Source: Vulcanimicrobiales bacterium
Lineage (GTDB): Bacteria; Vulcanimicrobiota; Vulcanimicrobiia; Vulcanimicrobiales; Vulcanimicrobiaceae
Length of the DNA: 64,000 bases
Direction of reading: 5' to 3'
NCBI GenBank assembly: GCA_038231455.1
Contig: JBBRLI010000006.1
Location: forward strand, 64,001-128,000
Below are positions 58,783 through 64,000 of the stretch, piece after piece. A program made the position numbers and the translations under genes. The notes under the pieces were generated by a model, which ran no database searches, was not told the DNA's origin, and saw only the letters and a list, made by a program, of their open reading frames with translations. The stretch's first letter is position 1. The number at the start of each line of letters is the position of its first letter.

Positions 58783-58970
58783 GCCGCATCGCGAATGGCG
58801 AGGCAAATCCAGAACCGGTTCGCTCACTGATGTAAATCGCGGCTTCGCCATATTCTGATTCAGGCGCAGCACGTCGGTGTCGGCAGCTTCCTGAGTTCAT
58901 TTGTCGCGTCGCTCGATGGCGGCTCCGCGGTGGACACAACACTTGCCCTGGGGAGGCCCGAGGGCGTATA

Positions 58971-59006
58971 GTGGGTGAAAGTGGTGTCTAGTGGGAGCTA
59001 GTGGGG
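58971..59006 (+). promoter_or_regulatory. MraZ-binding direct repeats (dcw promoter)
   Basis: GTGG(G/T) at 58971, 58981, 58991 and 59001 (10-bp period), overlapping the TATAGT -10. Confidence 0.85.
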
Positions 59007-59013
59007 ATATTTT

Positions 59014-59460
59014 TTGGCCGCCGATCGACCGCTCTTTACCGGGTCAGTCGAACACAGCCTTGACGACAAGGGTCGCCTCGTCGTGCCCGCCCGCTTCCGC
59101 GAACGCCTCGGCGCCGGCTTCTTCTTAACGATCGCCGAGCCCGACCCGTGCCTCGCCCTCTACCCGGCCCCGACGTGGGCCGAGTTCTGCGCCAAGCTCG
59201 AAGCCGCGCCGACTAAGGACGCGCGCTACCGGAGCTTCGTCCGGCACGTCTTCGCGAATACGGAAGAACTCTCGTGCGATAACCAGGGACGCCTCGTCAT
59301 CCCCGGTCATCTGCGTGCCCACGCGAAAATCGAAAAAGACGTTGTCTCCGTTGGTTCGCTCACGCGTATCGAAGTCTGGGGTCGCGAACGCTATAAAGAG
59401 CAAGCCAAGGCTGCGGCGACGGAGTTGTTCGACTTCGCCACCGAGCTTGGGCTGTATTAG
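59014..59460 (+). CDS. mraZ: Transcriptional regulator MraZ
   Basis: LDDKGRLVVPARFR, DNQGRLVIP, IEVW. Confidence 0.96.
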   Translation: MAADRPLFTGSVEHSLDDKGRLVVPARFRERLGAGFFLTIAEPDPCLALYPAPTWAEFCAKLEAAPTKDARYRSFVRHVFANTEELSCDNQGRLVIPGHLRAHAKIEKDVVSVGSLTRIEVWGRERYKEQAKAAATELFDFATELGLY

Positions 59461-59463
59461 TGC

Positions 59464-60345
59464 GTGGGGCACGTCTCCGTATTGCCCGCCGAGTCAATCG
59501 CGGCGCTTGCTCTCGTCCCGGACGGCACGTATGTCGATGCGACGTTCGGAGCGGGCGGTCATACGGCGTTGATGCTCGCGGCACTCTCGCCCGCGGGGCG
59601 GATCGTTGCCTTCGATGCGGATCCCGACGCGCGCGAGCGCGATCTGCGGGACCCGCGCGTGACGCTCGTGCATGCAAACTTTCGCGCGTTGCGCTCGGAA
59701 TTGGAAGCGCGTGGGATCTCACAGATCGATGGGATTCTCTACGACTTGGGGACGAGTTCGATGCAACTCGATAGCGCCGATCGCGGCTTCTCGTTTCGCG
59801 AAGACGCGCCGCTCGATATGCGCATGGATCCGACGCAAGGCGAATCGGTCGCCGAACTTCTTGCCGAGCGCGAAGAAAAAGAAATCGCCGACATCATCTT
59901 TGAATTCGGCGACGAACGCGCAGCGCGCCGCATCGCGCGCGCGATCGTCCAGAAGCGTACGATTGGCCGCGTGCCGACGACGACGGGAGAACTCGCTTCG
60001 CTCGTCTCGGGCGTCGTGCATCAAGCGGGCAAGCGCGAACGCACGCATCCCGCAACGCGCACCTTTCAGGCGCTCCGTATTGCGGTCAACGACGAACTCG
60101 GCGCGTTACGCGACTCGCTCGATGCAGCGATGGGCGTCGTGAAACCCGATGGTCGGATCGCCGTCATCAGCTTTCACTCCCTCGAAGACCGCATCGTGAA
60201 GACGACCTTCCGTGACGATCCGCGCGTCGCGCGGGTGACGCGCAAACCGATCGTGCCCACAGGTGAAGAAACCGCCGCCAATCCCCGTTCGCGTAGCGCG
60301 AAGCTCCGCGTTGCCGCCGTTCTTGCTCAGGAGTCCGACGCATGA
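59464..60345 (+). CDS. rsmH: 16S rRNA m4C1402 methyltransferase
   Basis: HVSVL, DATFGAGGH, RGFSF..DAPLDMRMD, HPATRTFQALRIAVN, SFHSLEDR. Confidence 0.97.
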   Translation: MGHVSVLPAESIAALALVPDGTYVDATFGAGGHTALMLAALSPAGRIVAFDADPDARERDLRDPRVTLVHANFRALRSELEARGISQIDGILYDLGTSSMQLDSADRGFSFREDAPLDMRMDPTQGESVAELLAEREEKEIADIIFEFGDERAARRIARAIVQKRTIGRVPTTTGELASLVSGVVHQAGKRERTHPATRTFQALRIAVNDELGALRDSLDAAMGVVKPDGRIAVISFHSLEDRIVKTTFRDDPRVARVTRKPIVPTGEETAANPRSRSAKLRVAAVLAQESDA

Positions 60346-60776
60346 TTGCCCCGCAGCGAGTTCCCCAATACGAGATCCCGCGTTCGCGCGAACGCGCAAA
60401 ACAGGCTACCCGCCGACGGTCGACGCGCGCCAAAGCGCGTGCGTACGTCGGTCTTGGGCGTATCGCGGTTGCCGTCGGCCTCATCGTCGTTCCGCTCATG
60501 GTGTATGTGATGCTCACGGCGAACCTCACGGGCATGCACTATGCGGTCGCGCGCGCGGAGACGCAGCGTACGACGCTCACGGATGAAACGCAGCGCCTCG
60601 ACGATAAAATTGCGCAGCTCGAATCGCGCGAACGCCTCTCGGCCGTCGCCGCAAAACTCCATATGCACGATCCGCGCGAGTACGCGGTCGTCGCCTTACC
60701 GAATCCCGCCGCGAAGCCGAAACCCAAAGGCATTGCGTTTCTCGGGAGCATGGGCGACTGGTTCAGTCGGCAGTAG
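60342..60776 (+). CDS. ftsL: FtsL-like cell division protein
   Basis: Single TM plus coiled coil, between rsmH and the PBP gene. Confidence 0.75.
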   Translation: MIAPQRVPQYEIPRSRERAKQATRRRSTRAKARAYVGLGRIAVAVGLIVVPLMVYVMLTANLTGMHYAVARAETQRTTLTDETQRLDDKIAQLESRERLSAVAAKLHMHDPREYAVVALPNPAAKPKPKGIAFLGSMGDWFSRQ

Positions 60777-62528
60777 GTGGCCGCACGTTCGTTTTCGCGC
60801 GTCGCTCCCGGGCGCGCGAAGATCACGTTCTACGCGATCGTCGGGATCGCGCTTTTTCTTTCTTGGCGGCTCTATGACGTCCAGATCCGTCAAGGTCCGC
60901 ATTTAGCGGCGATCGCCCAAAGCCAGCGTTCCGATACGGTCGAACTCTTTGCCAAGCGCGGCACCATCACCGATCGCGAGGGCAACGTGCTCGTGCGCTC
61001 GATGCCCTCCGAGAGCGTCTCCGCCGTCCCGACGAATATCGTCGATCCGCTCAAGACCGCAACGGAACTCGCGCCGATCCTCGGCATGAAAGCGCACGAT
61101 ATCGAGCTTGCGCTGCGCGATCGTTCGCAGTTCCGCTGGCTAGCGCGAAAAATCTCGCACGACGTCGCGCTTCGCGTCGCCGCGCTCAATGTTACCGGTA
61201 TCGCGATCGTTCGGGAAGAGACGGGCACGCGCTTTACGCCTGCCGGTCATCTCGCATCGACCGTGCTTGGCTTTGTCGGCGTCGATGAATCCGGGCTCGA
61301 GGGGCTCGAGTCGGCATTCGATACGTATCTGAGAGGCACGACCGGAAAGATGAAAATCGAGGCCGATCAGTTCGGCCGTGCGATTCCATTTGCCGAGACG
61401 CGGATCATCGAAAAAGCGCACCCCGGTCGCCACATCCAACTCGCGCTCGATTCGTACTTGCAGTTCGCAACGGAACGCGCGCTGCGCGACCGCGTGCACG
61501 AATCGCACGCGCGCAGCGGCACGGCGATCGTCATGGATCCGAACACGGGCGAGATTCTCGCGCTTGCAAACGCGCCCGATTACGAGCCCGCGCACTTCTA
61601 CCGCTTTTCGGCCGACGCCAGGCGCGACCGCGCAGTGATGGATGCCTACGAGCCGGGTTCGACGTTTAAATTGATAACGGCGGCCGCCGCGCTCGAGTCG
61701 CACCATATCGGACCCAATGCCATGTTTCCAGCGCTCGATTCGCTTGAAGTCGGCGGCCGGGTCATTCACAATGCCGAGGACGGCCTGATGGCGGGCGGCG
61801 GCGGAAGCGAATCGCTCGAGCAGATCATCGCGCTCTCGCACAATGTCGGCGCGGCCGAGATCGGCATCGCGACAGGTCCGCGCGATCTTTATAAAACGAT
61901 CCGCGCGTTTGGCTTCGGCGACCCCACCAACATCGAACTTCCCGGTGAAAATCCGGGCATCGTGCCGCCGCCCGATCAGTGGAGCGGCAGCTCCACCGCG
62001 ACGATTTCGTTTGGCCATGGGATCTCGACGACGCCGATCGCGCTCGTGCGCGCGTATGCCGCAATCGCCAACGGCGGTTTGCTGCTGCGCCCGCGTATCG
62101 TACACGCACTCATCGGTGAAGACGGCGCCCCGTTCTTCACCTACCCAACGGAAATCGAACACCGCGCGATCTCTGTGCAGACCGCGGCGACCTTGCGCCG
62201 CTATCTCCGGGCCGTCGTCATGCGCGGCACCGGGAAAGACAACGCGCAAATTCCCGGGTATACGACGGCTGGGAAAACCGGCACCGCGCAAGTGGTCGAA
62301 AACGGACGCTACGAACCGGGCGAATACATCGCCTCGTTTATCGGGTATGTCCCGGCGGAACGTCCGAAGTTCGTGATTTTTGTGAAGATCGAGCGGCCGC
62401 GCGGCGTGTACTACGGCGGCACGGTCGCAGCACCGGTGTTCGCGCAACTCGCGCGCATTGCAATGCTGCATGCGGGCGTCTTGCCGACGGCGGCGGCAAA
62501 ATCGCGGCTCGCGGCGAAAGCGCCGTAA
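60777..62528 (+). CDS. ftsI: Class B penicillin-binding protein (FtsI)
   Basis: RGTITDR, EPGSTFK, SHN, KTGTAQ. Confidence 0.93.
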   Translation: MAARSFSRVAPGRAKITFYAIVGIALFLSWRLYDVQIRQGPHLAAIAQSQRSDTVELFAKRGTITDREGNVLVRSMPSESVSAVPTNIVDPLKTATELAPILGMKAHDIELALRDRSQFRWLARKISHDVALRVAALNVTGIAIVREETGTRFTPAGHLASTVLGFVGVDESGLEGLESAFDTYLRGTTGKMKIEADQFGRAIPFAETRIIEKAHPGRHIQLALDSYLQFATERALRDRVHESHARSGTAIVMDPNTGEILALANAPDYEPAHFYRFSADARRDRAVMDAYEPGSTFKLITAAAALESHHIGPNAMFPALDSLEVGGRVIHNAEDGLMAGGGGSESLEQIIALSHNVGAAEIGIATGPRDLYKTIRAFGFGDPTNIELPGENPGIVPPPDQWSGSSTATISFGHGISTTPIALVRAYAAIANGGLLLRPRIVHALIGEDGAPFFTYPTEIEHRAISVQTAATLRRYLRAVVMRGTGKDNAQIPGYTTAGKTGTAQVVENGRYEPGEYIASFIGYVPAERPKFVIFVKIERPRGVYYGGTVAAPVFAQLARIAMLHAGVLPTAAAKSRLAAKAP

Positions 62529-63967
62529 TGCTCGACATGGGGACGCTTGCTGCGTTCGTTCCCGAGGGTCGTCTCGTCGGTTCTCCCGATATCGCCATCT
62601 CGGCGCTGGCGACGGACTCGCGCCGCGTTACGCCGGGAACGGTGTTCGTTGCGCTGCGCGGCGCGCATGTGGATTCGCATGCGTTCGTCGGTCAGGCAAT
62701 CGAGCGCGGTGCCGTCGGTGTCGTTCTCGAACAAGAGCAAGCGCTCGCCGTCCCGCAACTGATCGTACCGGATGCAACGCTCGCGCTCTCAACCTTGAGT
62801 GCAAAATTCTTTGGCGATCCCTCGGCGCGCATGCACGTCGTGGGCATTACCGGAACCAACGGCAAGACAACGACGACGCACCTCGTTCGAGCAATTCTCG
62901 AGGCGGCCGGCCGTTCGTGCGGCGTGATCGGAACGCTTGGCGCTTCGCTCGGCGGTCGCGCGTGGTCGCTTGAAAACACGACGCCGCTCGCGCTCGAACT
63001 CCAGGGTCTCCTGGCGACGATGCGCGACGGCGGCGCGTCGGCGGTCGCAATGGAAGTCTCTTCGCACGCGCTCGCGCTGCACCGCGTCGATGACGTGCAT
63101 TTCGCCGTCGCGGCATTCACGAATCTCACGCGCGATCATCTCGACTTCCACGCGACGCCCGAAGCCTACGAAGCTGCGAAGCGGCGTTTGTTCGACCTCG
63201 CACCGATTGCCGTCGTCAACGTCGATGACGCCGCGGGCGTGCGGCTGGCCGAAGACCTGCGCGCGCGCGGCACGCAGACGATTGCGTACGCTATCCGTGC
63301 GAAGAATGCGGATCTCATCGCGCGCGACGTTGTCGTTCGGAGCGAAGGCTCGACCTTCACGCTCGATGACCGTTTCGTGAAACTCTCGCTTCCCGGCCGG
63401 TTCAACGTTGAGAATGCGCTCGCCGCAATCGGCATCGCCGATGCGCTCGGGATCGCGCGTTCGGTTGCGATCGAAGCACTTGCCGATGTCGCTGCGCCGC
63501 CTGGGCGCATGGAACGCATCGCAAGCGACGGCATCGATGTTATCGTCGACTATGCCCATACGCCCGATGCCCTGAGTAACGTGCTGCAAGCCGCACGCGA
63601 GGGCACGCGCGGGCGCCTGGTCGTCGTCTTCGGTTGCGGCGGCGACCGCGATCCGGGCAAGCGCCCGCAAATGGGCGCGATTGCCGCGCGGCTTGCCGAT
63701 CGCGCCATCGTGACCTCGGATAATCCACGCAGCGAAAATCCGCAAGCGATCGCCGATGCGATCCTCGTCGGTGGCAAAGGCGAGGTCGAACTCGACCGCG
63801 GCGCGGCGATCCGTCGCGCGATCGCCGATGCGCGTGCGGGCGACGTCGTGGTGATCGCGGGCAAAGGTCATGAAACATACCAGATCATCGGCGATCAGAC
63901 GCGTCACTTCGACGATCGAGAAGAAGTGCGCGCCGCGTTGGTCGCACGTTCGGCGGGTGCCGTATGA
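62528..63967 (+). CDS. murE: UDP-MurNAc-tripeptide synthetase (meso-DAP type)
   Basis: GITGTNGKTT, MEVSSHAL, DHLDFH, DYAHTPD, DNPR, AGKGHE. Confidence 0.97.
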   Translation: MLDMGTLAAFVPEGRLVGSPDIAISALATDSRRVTPGTVFVALRGAHVDSHAFVGQAIERGAVGVVLEQEQALAVPQLIVPDATLALSTLSAKFFGDPSARMHVVGITGTNGKTTTTHLVRAILEAAGRSCGVIGTLGASLGGRAWSLENTTPLALELQGLLATMRDGGASAVAMEVSSHALALHRVDDVHFAVAAFTNLTRDHLDFHATPEAYEAAKRRLFDLAPIAVVNVDDAAGVRLAEDLRARGTQTIAYAIRAKNADLIARDVVVRSEGSTFTLDDRFVKLSLPGRFNVENALAAIGIADALGIARSVAIEALADVAAPPGRMERIASDGIDVIVDYAHTPDALSNVLQAAREGTRGRLVVVFGCGGDRDPGKRPQMGAIAARLADRAIVTSDNPRSENPQAIADAILVGGKGEVELDRGAAIRRAIADARAGDVVVIAGKGHETYQIIGDQTRHFDDREEVRAALVARSAGAV

Positions 63968-64000
63968 TCGTGCGTTTTGCCGAGGCGATCTCGGCGCTCG
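63964..64000 (+). CDS. murF: Probable murF 5' fragment (window edge)
   Basis: ATGA overlap with the murE stop; identity inferred from dcw gene order only. Confidence 0.5.
   Translation, partial: MIVRFAEAISAL

Noticed and set aside
58971-59006. GTGGG repeats as a novel element
   Set aside because: They are the known MraZ-binding boxes
1-64000. Many long overlapping alternative-frame ORFs (e.g. 61140..62471-, 17943..19166+, 62789..63907-)
   Set aside because: Antisense or frame shadows of well-supported genes in GC-rich DNA; no motifs

Overview
GC-rich diderm bacterial chromosome segment. The mix of Lpt/TolC genes, Terrabacteria-like core genes and many PT/PS-rich secreted proteins suggests Eremiobacterota (Vulcanimicrobiota); this is inference only. 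Core regions: polA-mutM-rpsA-coaE (5-14 kb), an envelope cluster slt-lptF/G-lptD-lnt-lptC (20-28 kb), and the start of the dcw cluster mraZ-rsmH-ftsL-ftsI-murE-murF' (59-64 kb). An accessory block of about 30 kb (28-59 kb) holds an orphan catabolic locus, a BlaI/M56-headed Met-rich RND efflux operon, an arsenic operon and a carbon module. In that module, a DabBA inorganic-carbon pump lies directly upstream of a full-length Chloroflexus-type bifunctional malonyl-CoA reductase (3-hydroxypropionate route), with a divergent wHTH regulator. Features missed by the ORF track: a probable selenoprotein (in-frame TGA plus SECIS-like hairpin, 322-861), a 55-aa metallothionein-like gene, a 53-aa membrane protein, three SigB/SigF-type promoters, a structured rpsA leader and a frameshift in a DUF885 signal peptide. 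No rRNA, tRNA, CRISPR array, integrase or transposase was recognised. All product calls come from motif recognition by eye; no database search was run.
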